IMG/VR virus record: IMGVR_UViG_3300035135_000885
Span: 1-36,063 of that record
Reading direction: 5' to 3' (one strand)
Length of the DNA stretch: 36,063 nt
Origin: a virus
Lineage: Duplodnaviria; Caudoviricetes
Shown: piece by piece, positions 1 to 8,934 of the stretch
Numbering within the stretch: the stretch's first letter is position 1
Layout of the letters: each line of letters starts with the position of its first letter
Made by a program: the position numbers and the translations under genes
The notes under the pieces: generated by a model
The model's input: the letters and a program-made list of their open reading frames with translations, nothing else
Told to the model about the DNA's origin: nothing
The model's database searches: none

Positions 1-431
1 ATAAAAACGATCAGCTACCTCTTGATGTTCTTCAGCTTTGGGATTGTTTTGATTATAATCTTACAGTCATTCAAAAACCAATCCTGTCACGCTGTGAGTT
101 TTTCGGAAAGGATAGAAGAATGCACGCTGGTGAATACGAATTCACAATCGACAATTGTCATTCAGAATCTTCCACCCTTAATACCAATTTCAGCGAACAC
201 GATCCTGAGCATAAATCATTCAACGTCATCAGACTTGACAACGGACAATTCGCAGCCCAACCAAATAACAGAGTAATATGGAGAGATAGTTCTTTAACTC
301 CTGAGGATTTGAAAAGACCGGATTTTAAAGTTTGTACTCAGAATTATGCAGTTGAAACAGAACCTAAGTGGTCTGTTGGCCATACTGACGAATGGCAATA
401 TAAAACAAAAGAAGAGGAGTTAAACAATTGA
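1..431 (+). CDS. Conserved hypothetical phage protein, 5'-truncated by the window edge
   Basis: The frame of ORF 120..431 is open back to base 3 (KNDQLPLDVLQLWDCFDYNLTVIQK...), so the true start lies upstream. It resembles hypothetical proteins of marine T4-like phages. Confidence 0.7.
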   Translation, partial: KNDQLPLDVLQLWDCFDYNLTVIQKPILSRCEFFGKDRRMHAGEYEFTIDNCHSESSTLNTNFSEHDPEHKSFNVIRLDNGQFAAQPNNRVIWRDSSLTPEDLKRPDFKVCTQNYAVETEPKWSVGHTDEWQYKTKEEELNN

Positions 432-456
432 CATTAATGCACTGTTGTGATAGAAT
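428..456 (+). promoter_or_regulatory. Sigma70-type early promoter
   Basis: TTGACA (428-433), 17-nt spacer, TG at 448-449 (extended -10), TAGAAT (451-456). Confidence 0.75.
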
Positions 457-580
457 TGATATTGTAAGGACCGAACGCGATTTAGAAATAGACGACCATT
501 ATTATCAGGTTGTTTTAATCAGATGTTCAAATTGCGGAGAACTTAAGAGTACTACTCACGTAAAACAATTAAAAAAATAG
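437..580 (+). CDS. Small Cys-containing hypothetical protein, 47 aa, possible Zn ribbon (not in ORF track)
   Basis: Hand translation MHCCDRIDIVRTERDLEIDDHYYQVVLIRCSNCGELKSTTHVKQLKK has CC and CxxC and fills the gap between genes. It has no clear SD and starts inside the promoter spacer. Confidence 0.4.
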   Translation: MHCCDRIDIVRTERDLEIDDHYYQVVLIRCSNCGELKSTTHVKQLKK

Positions 581-589
581 GAGACCAAA

Positions 590-790
590 ATGTTTGTTAA
601 CCAATTCCTAGGAGAACGGGAAGGAGCTCAAATGCGAGCTGAAATCCACAAATCAAATGATGTGTATTCTTGTAAATACTTTATTAACGGTAATATGCAA
701 ACAGAAGAAGCTTTCCCAGGAAAAAGCATTTACTATGTTGAAGATGCAGCAGTTAATTGGTTACAAGGTATAAAGGTGCTCAATGGATAA
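590..790 (+). CDS. Hypothetical protein
   Basis: 66-aa ORF with AGGAG SD upstream. Confidence 0.75.
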   Translation: MFVNQFLGEREGAQMRAEIHKSNDVYSCKYFINGNMQTEEAFPGKSIYYVEDAAVNWLQGIKVLNG

Positions 791-977
791 CTCAGAAGTA
801 TTAGGAATTAGAGGTAATACTTATGGTGTTGATATTCAGATAAATGGCGAATGTTACGTAAAGGTTAATCAAGAATTAATTACAGATGACCTGAAAGAAG
901 TTCGCCTTTTTCTGATGGCTTATAGAATGGGAAGGGACCATAAAAAGAATGAAATACGAACCGCTTTGGGACTTTAA
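783..977 (+). CDS. Hypothetical protein
   Basis: 64-aa ORF overlapping the previous gene by 8 nt, operon-like packing. Confidence 0.7.
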   Translation: MDNSEVLGIRGNTYGVDIQINGECYVKVNQELITDDLKEVRLFLMAYRMGRDHKKNEIRTALGL

Positions 978-981
978 AATA

Positions 982-1221
982 ATGATTACACCACCGCGAT
1001 CGCCGGAAAAGATTCACCATGAAATTGCAGATATGTTGGCTAATGGTGTCAACTATATTGATGCTCTTGTTGAATATGCGCGTAAGAATGATCTTGAGAT
1101 AGAAGCTGTGGCCGATATTGTAAAAAAGTCTTCAATATTAAAAGAAAAATTACGATCTGAAGCTGTTAAATTAAGGATGGTACAAAAGGATGATCAAGAC
1201 ATCACAGAGCTTTGCGAATGA
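982..1221 (+). CDS. gp33: Late transcription co-activator gp33
   Basis: NYIDALVEYARKNDLEIEAVADIV...LKEKLRSEAVKLRM matches the gp33 pattern and lies directly upstream of gp59-gp32. Start moved to ATG 982. Confidence 0.85.
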   Translation: MITPPRSPEKIHHEIADMLANGVNYIDALVEYARKNDLEIEAVADIVKKSSILKEKLRSEAVKLRMVQKDDQDITELCE

Positions 1222-1792
1222 GCAAACATTCAATCTGTACGTCAAATACTTAGCCTTTAAGAAACATTTTACCACCGACCAATATGACTATCAAAAATAC
1301 AGAGGTAAAGTAAGAGCCTCGTTTGACAAGTTCCGTACTCGGAATGACGTATTCTTTTTCCATAAGCTTTGGCAAAAGGATGAACCTGAGAACTATTTAC
1401 TTGCAAATATGATAGTTAATCCAAATAGTTGGATACGAGAAATCGTTGAGGAAACTGGTGAAGCTAGGTATCTTGAATGGAAGAAAAAGATTGAGTCTTT
1501 ATCTTATACGTTTAAATCAGATCTTAGAAAACTTGATGATAACTATCAAGCTAACTTTGCTACGCCTGATGGTCAGCATCCACTCGTTATGAGATTATAT
1601 TTACAAAAGCAAATCACATTGGAAACATTTACGTTGCTCACGAATATGTCAAACATTTTTCCGTATTGGGACACAAATTTAGTTGACAAAATCGTCGCAC
1701 GTGATATAATTAGACTATCAAAGAAGTATAGACCCTTCTTAGAAATTGATGAAAAAAAGTTTAAAGATATTGTCCGAAATCATTTTTTCTGA
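1190..1792 (+). CDS. gp59: Helicase loader gp59
   Basis: YLAFKKHFTTDQYDYQKYRGK, HPLVMRLYLQKQITLETF; 200 aa; between gp33 and gp32 as in T4. Confidence 0.9.
   Translation: MIKTSQSFANEQTFNLYVKYLAFKKHFTTDQYDYQKYRGKVRASFDKFRTRNDVFFFHKLWQKDEPENYLLANMIVNPNSWIREIVEETGEARYLEWKKKIESLSYTFKSDLRKLDDNYQANFATPDGQHPLVMRLYLQKQITLETFTLLTNMSNIFPYWDTNLVDKIVARDIIRLSKKYRPFLEIDEKKFKDIVRNHFF
1683..1710 (+). promoter_or_regulatory. Sigma70-type promoter inside gp59, probably driving gene 32
   Basis: TTGACA (1683-1688), 16-nt spacer ending TGA, TATAAT (1705-1710). Confidence 0.65.
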
Positions 1793-1800
1793 TATAAATA
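1793..1800 (+). promoter_or_regulatory. T4-type late promoter upstream of gene 32
   Basis: Exact TATAAATA directly after the gp59 stop codon. Confidence 0.75.
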
Positions 1801-1871
1801 TATCGTTGGGTAATCCAACATATATTTCGCAATACAAAAAAACATATAACGCTATATAAGGAGATACAAAT

Positions 1872-2810
1872 ATGACTATGTCATTTGATGCACTTAAAAA
1901 GAACCGTTCATCTTCACTCAACAAGTTGAACGCTCAGCTCGAAAAAATCTCAACAAAGAGCTACTCTGATCCCAACGAAGGTAAATTTTGGAAACCAACT
2001 CGCGACAAAGCAGGCAACGGTTTTGCTATTATCCGTTTCCTTCCTGCACCGCAAGGTGAAGAAATGCCATTCGTTCGTATTTGGGATCATGGTTTCCAAG
2101 GTCCAACAGGTCTTTGGTATATTGAAAATTCTCTAACAACTCTTAATCAAGATGATCCTGTTTCTGAGTTTAACTCAAAGCTTTGGAACTCAGGTATTGA
2201 TTCTGACAAAGAACAGGCACGCAAGCAAAAGCGTCGCCTAAAATATGTTGCTAATATTCTTGTAGTCAAGGACAGCGCAAATCCTGAAAACGATGGCAAA
2301 GTGTTTATGTATCAGTTTGGCAAAAAGATTTTTGACAAATTGAATGATCTTATGAACCCACAGTTCGAAGATGAAACACCGGTTAATCCATTTGATTTAT
2401 GGGAAGGTGCAGACTTCCGTCTAAAGATCCGTCAATTTGAAGGATATCCTAACTATGATAAATCAGAATTTGATTCACCTTCTGCAATATCAGGTGATGA
2501 TGCTGAACTTGAACGTATTTGGAATAGTCAACATTCTTTGCAAGAATTGCTTGATCCAAAGAACTTCAAACCTTATGCTGAATTGAAAGCAAAGTTGCAC
2601 CGTGTACTTGCTTTGAATGAAGAACCATCTGAACCATCTACAGCAATGGATGATGCCGATGATGATCTTGATTTGAGCAACCTTGGTAACAAATCAGCAG
2701 CAGCTGCTCAGCCTACATTACGCGAAGCAGCACCAGAACCTACGTCAAGTTTGTCTATGGACGACGATGACGATGACCTATCAATTTTTAAGGAACTAGC
2801 GAATGGTTAG
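1872..2810 (+). CDS. gp32: Single-stranded DNA-binding protein gp32
   Basis: FWKPTRDKAGNGFAIIRFLPAP, HGFQGPTGLWYIENS, FGKKIFDK, YPNYDKSEF, acidic tail; AAGGAG SD. Confidence 0.97.
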   Translation: MTMSFDALKKNRSSSLNKLNAQLEKISTKSYSDPNEGKFWKPTRDKAGNGFAIIRFLPAPQGEEMPFVRIWDHGFQGPTGLWYIENSLTTLNQDDPVSEFNSKLWNSGIDSDKEQARKQKRRLKYVANILVVKDSANPENDGKVFMYQFGKKIFDKLNDLMNPQFEDETPVNPFDLWEGADFRLKIRQFEGYPNYDKSEFDSPSAISGDDAELERIWNSQHSLQELLDPKNFKPYAELKAKLHRVLALNEEPSEPSTAMDDADDDLDLSNLGNKSAAAAQPTLREAAPEPTSSLSMDDDDDDLSIFKELANG

Positions 2811-3129
2811 TAAGACTTACGAAGAAGTTTTAGATTTTGACTTTGGTTTTAGTTTTATTGATGAGGAGCTTGAAGAAAAACAAGCTGCCGCTGAAGAAAA
2901 AATTGAAACAATCAGCACTGAAAAACAAACTCTTGAGGATCAACTCACAGACGCAAAACTCATAGCTGATGATCTTGAATATCGTTTAGAACTTCTATAC
3001 AAAGCAGTAACACCCTTTCTTGATAACCTTTGTAAGAACCCTGAGAAATCAACAATCTTTTGGCCTGACAGAGTTGGTAAGATAGAGGCGTATAAATCAA
3101 AACTACTTACCATTGTGGAAGGAAATTAA
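2803..3129 (+). CDS. Hypothetical protein with coiled coil
   Basis: 108-aa ORF coupled to gp32, AAGGA SD, central heptad-like segment. Confidence 0.8.
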   Translation: MVSKTYEEVLDFDFGFSFIDEELEEKQAAAEEKIETISTEKQTLEDQLTDAKLIADDLEYRLELLYKAVTPFLDNLCKNPEKSTIFWPDRVGKIEAYKSKLLTIVEGN

Positions 3130-3132
3130 AGT

Positions 3133-4212
3133 ATGAGTCTATTAGACAAATTGGTTAAAAATTCTACCATTAAACTTACAGCTCCCATGACTGAGTCAAA
3201 GGTTTTTGGTAAAAAGGACATGGCACCAACACAGGTACCTATGGTAAATGTGGCTCTGTCCGGTCGTGTTGACGGCGGGCTAACGCCTGGTCTCCTTGTT
3301 TTGGCAGGTCCGTCTAAACACTTTAAATCTGCATTTGCTTTGTTGATGGCAGGTGCATATATGCAAAAGAATGACGATGCGATTCTTTTGTTCTACGATT
3401 CTGAGTTTGGTACTCCGCAATCGTATTTTGAGTCTTTCGGTATTGATATGGAAAGAGTAGTACATACTCCTATTACTAACGTTGAAGAACTCAAATTTGA
3501 TATTACGAAACAGCTTGACGAAATTGATAAAAAAGATAATGTGATTATCATTATTGATTCCGTTGGCAACCTTGCTTCTAAGAAAGAGGTTGATGATGCA
3601 CTTGACGGTAAATCCGTTGCTGATATGAGCCGTGCAAAGGCGCTTAAATCGCTGTTTCGTATTGTCACCCCACATCTTAATCTTAAAGACATTCCTCTTA
3701 TTGCGGTTAATCATACCTATAAAGAAATTGGATTGTTTCCAAGAGATGTGGTTTCAGGTGGGACAGGTATTTACTATTCTGCTGATACAATCTGGATCAT
3801 TGGACGTCAGCAAGATAAGGTAGGTACTGAAATTCAAGGTTATCACTTTGTGATTAATATTGAAAAGTCACGCCATGTTAAAGAAAAGTCAAAAATTCCA
3901 ATCAGCGTAAGTTGGGAAGGTGGTATCGTTAAATGGTCAGGTCTTATGGACGTGGCAGAAAAAGGTGGTTACCTTCGTAAACCAAAAGCAGGTTGGTATG
4001 AAGCGGTTGATCCGTCAACTGGTGAACTGTTGAGTGATAAACTCCTCCGAGCAAAAGAAATTGTTGACAATAAAGATTTTTGGATTAATATATTTGAAAA
4101 GACCGACTTTACAACGTTCGTAAAAGATACGTATATGGTTGGTGGCAAATCTATTATGCAAGATAGACAAATTGAAGACGAACCTGAGCTCGAGGAAGTA
4201 ATTGATGATTGA
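3133..4212 (+). CDS. uvsX: RecA-like recombinase UvsX
   Basis: Walker A AGPSKHFKS, YDSEFG, IIIDSVGNLASKKE, VVSGGTGIYYSAD. Confidence 0.97.
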   Translation: MSLLDKLVKNSTIKLTAPMTESKVFGKKDMAPTQVPMVNVALSGRVDGGLTPGLLVLAGPSKHFKSAFALLMAGAYMQKNDDAILLFYDSEFGTPQSYFESFGIDMERVVHTPITNVEELKFDITKQLDEIDKKDNVIIIIDSVGNLASKKEVDDALDGKSVADMSRAKALKSLFRIVTPHLNLKDIPLIAVNHTYKEIGLFPRDVVSGGTGIYYSADTIWIIGRQQDKVGTEIQGYHFVINIEKSRHVKEKSKIPISVSWEGGIVKWSGLMDVAEKGGYLRKPKAGWYEAVDPSTGELLSDKLLRAKEIVDNKDFWINIFEKTDFTTFVKDTYMVGGKSIMQDRQIEDEPELEEVIDD

Positions 4213-5629
4213 GAAAACAGTATTATCAAACTTAGTATTTAACGAAGATTATTATCGCAGAGTATATCCGTATATCAAATCGGAATACTTTGACGATGGT
4301 ACAATAAAGAAAGTATTTGATACATATTCTGATTATGTTGAAGAATACAAGGAGCCTCCCTCTGTGGAGGCTCTAAAAATCTCACTTGACAAGCGTAAAG
4401 ACATGAATGAGGATACTTACAAACAAGTAATGTCCACAGTTGATAGTCTTGCTCGTGATGAAGATACAAATATAGAATGGCTTGTATCTGAAACTGAAAA
4501 GTTTTGTCAAGACAAAGATTTATATAACGCAATACGAAAAGCTATTCTTGTTATTGATGGTGAAGATAAACAACTTGATAAAGGATCATTACCCGAGTTG
4601 CTATCTAATTCATTATCAATTAGTTTTGATACTTCAATCGGTCATGATTATATTGAAGATTATGAAGACCGATATGATTTTTACCACAAGAAAGAAGAAC
4701 GACTTCCATTTGATATTGATCTGCTAAACAAAATTACAAAAGGTGGTTTACCTCGCAAATCATTGTCTGTTTTATTAGCAACCACAGGTGGCGGTAAGTC
4801 GCTTGTTAAATGTCATATGGCTGCATCTTATTTAATGACAGGTAAGAATGTTTTGTATATCACAATGGAAATGGCTGAAGAGCGTATCTCTGAACGGATT
4901 GACGCAAACCTGATGGATTGTACTCTTGATGAAGTTGTGGAAATGCCTCGAGATGTTTATGAGAAACGAATTAATCGTATTAAATCAAAAGCAACAGGCA
5001 AGTTAATTGTTAAAGAATATCCAACTGGGTCTGCTCACGTTGGACACTTCCGTCATTTACTTAATGAGTTGAGAATGAAACGTGGATTTAAACCTGACGT
5101 TATTTTTATTGACTATTTAAATATCTGTGCATCAGCTCGAGTAAAAGGTGCTGCGGCTGCAAATTCTTATACGCTTGTCAAATCAATCGCGGAGGAAATA
5201 CGTGGACTTGCTATGGAATATAATACTGCCGTGGTTTCTTCTTCTCAGTTTAATCGCGATGGCTATGGCAATAGTGATGTCGATCTTACGAATACTTCTG
5301 AATCCATGGGCATTACTCATACTGCTGATTGTATTCTTGGCCTCATAACATCAGAAGATCTTGACAATCTAGGACAGCTAATGATTAAACAGTTGAAGAA
5401 CCGTTGGAATGATCTAAGCTATTATCGTCGGTTTGTTGTTGGAGTTGACAGGGCTAAAATGAGAATTTACGATCTTGAAGACAGCGCACAAAACGGTTTG
5501 GGTCAAGGTGGATCTGCAAATACAGTTACACCAAAATCGCCTGTATCTTTTGATGATACACCTGTATTTGATAAAACGAATATTGGTAAGAAAAAGAAAT
5601 TGTTTGAAGCTGGAGATTTACTATCATGA
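4202..5629 (+). CDS. gp41: Replicative DnaB-like helicase gp41
   Basis: LATTGGGKS Walker A, YITMEMAEE, IFIDYLNI, SSSQFNR, TSESMG, KQLKNRW. Confidence 0.97.
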   Translation: MMIEKTVLSNLVFNEDYYRRVYPYIKSEYFDDGTIKKVFDTYSDYVEEYKEPPSVEALKISLDKRKDMNEDTYKQVMSTVDSLARDEDTNIEWLVSETEKFCQDKDLYNAIRKAILVIDGEDKQLDKGSLPELLSNSLSISFDTSIGHDYIEDYEDRYDFYHKKEERLPFDIDLLNKITKGGLPRKSLSVLLATTGGGKSLVKCHMAASYLMTGKNVLYITMEMAEERISERIDANLMDCTLDEVVEMPRDVYEKRINRIKSKATGKLIVKEYPTGSAHVGHFRHLLNELRMKRGFKPDVIFIDYLNICASARVKGAAAANSYTLVKSIAEEIRGLAMEYNTAVVSSSQFNRDGYGNSDVDLTNTSESMGITHTADCILGLITSEDLDNLGQLMIKQLKNRWNDLSYYRRFVVGVDRAKMRIYDLEDSAQNGLGQGGSANTVTPKSPVSFDDTPVFDKTNIGKKKKLFEAGDLLS

Positions 5630-5826
5630 GTTATAAAGTTAAACAAATCAAAAAGCGTTTCTTTGTTGTGAATACGGAAACAAATGAAATAATTGAAATG
5701 CCAATGCAAAGACAAGAGGCAAACGATCTTGCTCGTAAACTAAATCTTGGATCAGGTTTTGCGGAGTCTCCAATACCTGCATTTATTTTGAAGGCAGCGA
5801 ATAATATTATAAATATCCAAAAATAG
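5626..5826 (+). CDS. Hypothetical protein
   Basis: ATGA overlap with gp41 stop, GGAG SD, RKLNLGSGF motif. Confidence 0.75.
   Translation: MSYKVKQIKKRFFVVNTETNEIIEMPMQRQEANDLARKLNLGSGFAESPIPAFILKAANNIINIQK
5808..5815 (+). promoter_or_regulatory. T4-type late promoter
   Basis: Exact TATAAATA 28 nt upstream of ATG 5844. Confidence 0.75.
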
Positions 5827-5843
5827 TAATCACGGATAGAACT

Positions 5844-6773
5844 ATGCTTCGTTTTAAAGGATTCCTGTCTGAAATGGCAAACACTGATAGCGCTGATATT
5901 AATGAAATTCAATTGGGTTATTTCTTATCAAATAATTGGAAAAATTTTGATGATCCTGGCGCTGCTCAACAGCAATTAGAAACAAAGAAACGCAAAGTCG
6001 GTAATGATGAATACAGAGCACAAACCGACAGAGCAAAAACGATGGCTGATGAAGTTAAACGATGGGCAAAAGTAAACGGTTACACAGGTACAATCAAAAA
6101 AGTTTGGTGGACTGCTCGACCTGGGGTTTTATCAAAGGCCGTGGGAAAAGCTGTTGACAGTCGTAAAAACCCAACTGATGTTCTTGTTCAATTTACAGAT
6201 GGTAAGTTCCTAGGTTTATCTGCAAAATCAACAAAAACTTCTGGTGATATTGGATTTAAAAATCCTGGGTTAGGTACAATTGAAAAAGCAGTAGGTAAAA
6301 TGAAACCGCATGCTCAAGATGCAATTGATGCTTTATTGAAAATGTATCCTAAGCTTAGTCGTTCTGCTGCAAAACGCAAAGGCGAAATTCGTGCAGACGA
6401 AGGAATTAAAAAGAAAGCTGAAGAATTAGGAACAAAAGTTCTTAATTCAATTCGTGACGAACTATATACCAAACTAAATGCAATGTCTCAAGAAAATTTG
6501 ATTGACTATCTAATTAATGATTGGATGGATGCAAAAGTTGTTGAACCAAGATATATTAAAATCACTGGTAATAAAAAAGGTGCCGTTGTTGAAGATCCAC
6601 TTGCAAATACCAAACTCGCCGCATTAATGAAAGGTAACGTAAAGTTATCAAAAGTTGGCAACGACAGCGTTGGTGTTGAAGCAGATGGCAAACGCATTAT
6701 GAAAGCTAGAGCAAAATATGAATCGCAGAAACTTGCATCAACAATTAAATTTTCAGGAGATCCTTGGAAATGA
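5844..6773 (+). CDS. Putative capsid-targeted protein with a possible PD-(D/E)xK nuclease-like fold
   Basis: N-terminus MLRFKGFLSE resembles the T4 capsid-targeting sequence. INE...PTDVLVQFTDGKFLGLSAK resembles an E..D..SxK restriction-like active site. Late promoter upstream. Confidence 0.55.
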   Translation: MLRFKGFLSEMANTDSADINEIQLGYFLSNNWKNFDDPGAAQQQLETKKRKVGNDEYRAQTDRAKTMADEVKRWAKVNGYTGTIKKVWWTARPGVLSKAVGKAVDSRKNPTDVLVQFTDGKFLGLSAKSTKTSGDIGFKNPGLGTIEKAVGKMKPHAQDAIDALLKMYPKLSRSAAKRKGEIRADEGIKKKAEELGTKVLNSIRDELYTKLNAMSQENLIDYLINDWMDAKVVEPRYIKITGNKKGAVVEDPLANTKLAALMKGNVKLSKVGNDSVGVEADGKRIMKARAKYESQKLASTIKFSGDPWK

Positions 6774-8005
6774 GAAAGTTTAGCTCGTTTCTTGTAGAAG
6801 AAAAAAACTTACATATGACTCATGCTGAAGATGCTGTTATTGACGGCGGGATTGGTGGTACTCGTTCTGTAATCAATTACTTGCGTGATCTACGAGATAT
6901 GCTAGCAGGCAATTCTAAATCTTCTGTTAACATATCAGTTAAGTGGGATGGTGCTCCTGCTGTATTTGCAGGAACCGATCCGTCCGATGGCAAGTTCTTT
7001 GTTGCAAAGAAAGGTATTTTTAACAAAAACCCTAAGGTATACAAAACACATGCTGATATTGATGCTGACACAAGCGGAGATCTTAATGCAAAATTAAAAG
7101 TTGCCCTTGACGAGTTTTCTAAACTTGGTATCAAAGGCGTAGTGCAAGGTGATTTTTTATATGAAAGAAGTGATATTAAAGAAGATACGATTGACGACGA
7201 ACCGCATATTACTTTCCATCCTAATACGATTGTTTACGCGGTACCTAAATCATCAAAGCTTGCTGGTGAAATACTCAGATCCAAGGTCGGAGTGGTCTGG
7301 CATACAGTATACCGAGGAGAAACATTTGAAACAATGTCTGCAAGTTTTGGAGAGGAGATTGCATCTGGCCTCAAAAAGGTAAGTTCTGTTTGGTCAGTTG
7401 ATGCCGTATTTAAAGATCAATCTGGTACTGCTACTATGACTGCCTCTGAAACTACAGAAATGACAAGGATCCTTTCTGAGGTTGGAAAGTTATTCCGTTC
7501 TATACCTAAGAAAACATTTGATGGATTGCTTCCTTCCGCAAATAAAGAACTTAATATGCGAGTAAATACTTATATCAATACAAAGGTTCGAGAAGGTCAA
7601 CGTGTTGGTAATCCTAAAGTATTTGTTCGTGGATTACAAAGCTATTTGAATAATTGGTATGATAGTGAAATTGCTACTAAAAAGTCTGCCAAAGGAAAAG
7701 CAACATGGGAAGCAAAGAAAGCTGATACCATGAAATACTTCAAAACAAACAAACCTAAAGATATTGAGAATCTGTTTGTTATGTATAACCTTATAGTGGA
7801 CGCTAAACATTTGGTTGTGCGTAAACTTGAAAAGGTTGGTGGTCTCAAAACATTATTAAAAACTAATAGTGGTTACGAAGTAACAGGACAGGAAGGATTC
7901 GTTGCTATTGATCGTTATGGAAAGAATGCACTTAAATTAGTGGATCGTTTGCAGTTTAGTAGAGCAAACTTTTCAGATCAATATATTAAAGGTTGGCAAC
8001 GATAA
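6770..8005 (+). CDS. DUF6267-like protein with ligase-like KxDG motif, putatively capsid-targeted
   Basis: KNLHMTHAED, SVKWDGAPAVFAG, VQGDFLY, FHPNTIVY, EGFV, KLVDRLQFS; N-terminus MRKFSSFLVEE; AGGAG SD and ATGA overlap support start 6770. Confidence 0.7.
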   Translation: MRKFSSFLVEEKNLHMTHAEDAVIDGGIGGTRSVINYLRDLRDMLAGNSKSSVNISVKWDGAPAVFAGTDPSDGKFFVAKKGIFNKNPKVYKTHADIDADTSGDLNAKLKVALDEFSKLGIKGVVQGDFLYERSDIKEDTIDDEPHITFHPNTIVYAVPKSSKLAGEILRSKVGVVWHTVYRGETFETMSASFGEEIASGLKKVSSVWSVDAVFKDQSGTATMTASETTEMTRILSEVGKLFRSIPKKTFDGLLPSANKELNMRVNTYINTKVREGQRVGNPKVFVRGLQSYLNNWYDSEIATKKSAKGKATWEAKKADTMKYFKTNKPKDIENLFVMYNLIVDAKHLVVRKLEKVGGLKTLLKTNSGYEVTGQEGFVAIDRYGKNALKLVDRLQFSRANFSDQYIKGWQR

Positions 8006-8376
8006 TGGCAAACATACACTACCTTAAACGATCACATAACGAAGCAGTAATCAAAGTATATGTGACAAACTCAGCTGGTGATACTGTTGATGTAGCCTTA
8101 TCGGACCTTGCTGCTAGTGGCGAAACATTTGACGCAGGTACGGCTTCAGTAACTATTAAAGAAATCTTTTGGGGTTGTAAACACAATAAACACATAGACA
8201 TCTCACGATGGGATGGCGCAACTGCGCACGGCCATTACTATCTCGTAAACGCAGGTTCTCACGAATATGTTGGCTTTGTAGACGATGTATACTCAGATAG
8301 AGACATAAGAATTGTAGGTGATGGAGAATTCCATTGCGTAATGAAATTGACTAAAGTTTCTGGATACACTAGCTAA
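8005..8376 (+). CDS. Hypothetical beta-rich protein, probably virion structural
   Basis: TAATG coupling at 8003-8007 supports start 8005; last gene of a late-promoter operon. Confidence 0.65.
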   Translation: MANIHYLKRSHNEAVIKVYVTNSAGDTVDVALSDLAASGETFDAGTASVTIKEIFWGCKHNKHIDISRWDGATAHGHYYLVNAGSHEYVGFVDDVYSDRDIRIVGDGEFHCVMKLTKVSGYTS

Positions 8377-8432
8377 TACATTAAAGCAATTCGGCTATTC
8401 CAAATTGGTAATGGTTATTTACCAAATCTCCT

Positions 8433-8440
8433 AATAAATA
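8433..8440 (+). promoter_or_regulatory. Late-promoter-like motif upstream of the DUF1127-atpE operon
   Basis: AATAAATA, one mismatch to TATAAATA, intergenic. The same variant recurs at 19699, 20667, 23012 and 27716. Confidence 0.5.
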
Positions 8441-8518
8441 AATTTGTAAAAAGGATTAAACCTAGACGGTCGCCTAGGATCGGATCACATACATCATATA
8501 CACATTAGGAGAAAACAA

Positions 8519-8764
8519 ATGACACAACACGTGTTGGCAGCCGCTGGCTGGCTAAACCAAGGGGTAGATGGGTTCTTCATCTGGATTAAAAACCTTGGCA
8601 TCAAATTACAGGCGGCAAAGGCTGCAAGAGAAACTGTAAAAGAACTTTCAGCATTATCAGACTCAGAACTAAGCGATATCGGCATTCCACGTGGCGAAAT
8701 CAGATACTTGGCACAACAACACTACGAAGATATCGTAAATAAAAATCTGAAAGGATGGGTGTAA
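8519..8764 (+). CDS. DUF1127 (YjiS-like) small protein
   Basis: RETVKELSALSDSELSDIGIPRGEI fits the DUF1127 signature (L..LsD..L.DIG..R..I); AGGAG SD. Confidence 0.88.
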   Translation: MTQHVLAAAGWLNQGVDGFFIWIKNLGIKLQAAKAARETVKELSALSDSELSDIGIPRGEIRYLAQQHYEDIVNKNLKGWV

Positions 8765-8934
8765 TGGATACAGTAATGAAATACACATTCGCACCTCTTC
8801 AAGGATTTTGGTCTGGTTTATCAACAACGTTTGAAATCATTGGTTATAGTAGAGCAGCATCTCACCTAGCATCTCTAGGTTACAACGAAGAAGCAAAAAA
8901 TTGCATGATGGAAATAGCGAGGTTGAAAAAATGA
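8764..8934 (+). CDS. Small hypothetical protein, 56 aa (not in ORF track)
   Basis: [56 protein letters not shown]; TAATG overlap upstream and ATGA overlap downstream. Confidence 0.8.
   Translation: MDTVMKYTFAPLQGFWSGLSTTFEIIGYSRAASHLASLGYNEEAKNCMMEIARLKK

Noticed and set aside
22-276. 84-aa + strand ORF and similar short alternate-frame ORFs nested in known genes (e.g. 3632, 4482, 8938, 21322, 22243)
   Set aside because: They overlap better-supported genes out of frame and lack motifs. Only the o-spanin overlap has independent support (lipobox).
8377-8518. tRNA or known riboswitch in the intergenic gaps (also 22986-23127)
   Set aside because: No cloverleaf, T-loop or recognisable aptamer; only short hairpins and promoter/operator-like motifs.
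8901-8930. Longer ORF-track starts (8901, 949, 6764, 7993, 16176, 16414, 16829, 20288, 20722, 26090, 30758, 31627)
   Set aside because: Downstream starts have better SDs, stop/start coupling, promoter positions or family-typical N-termini.
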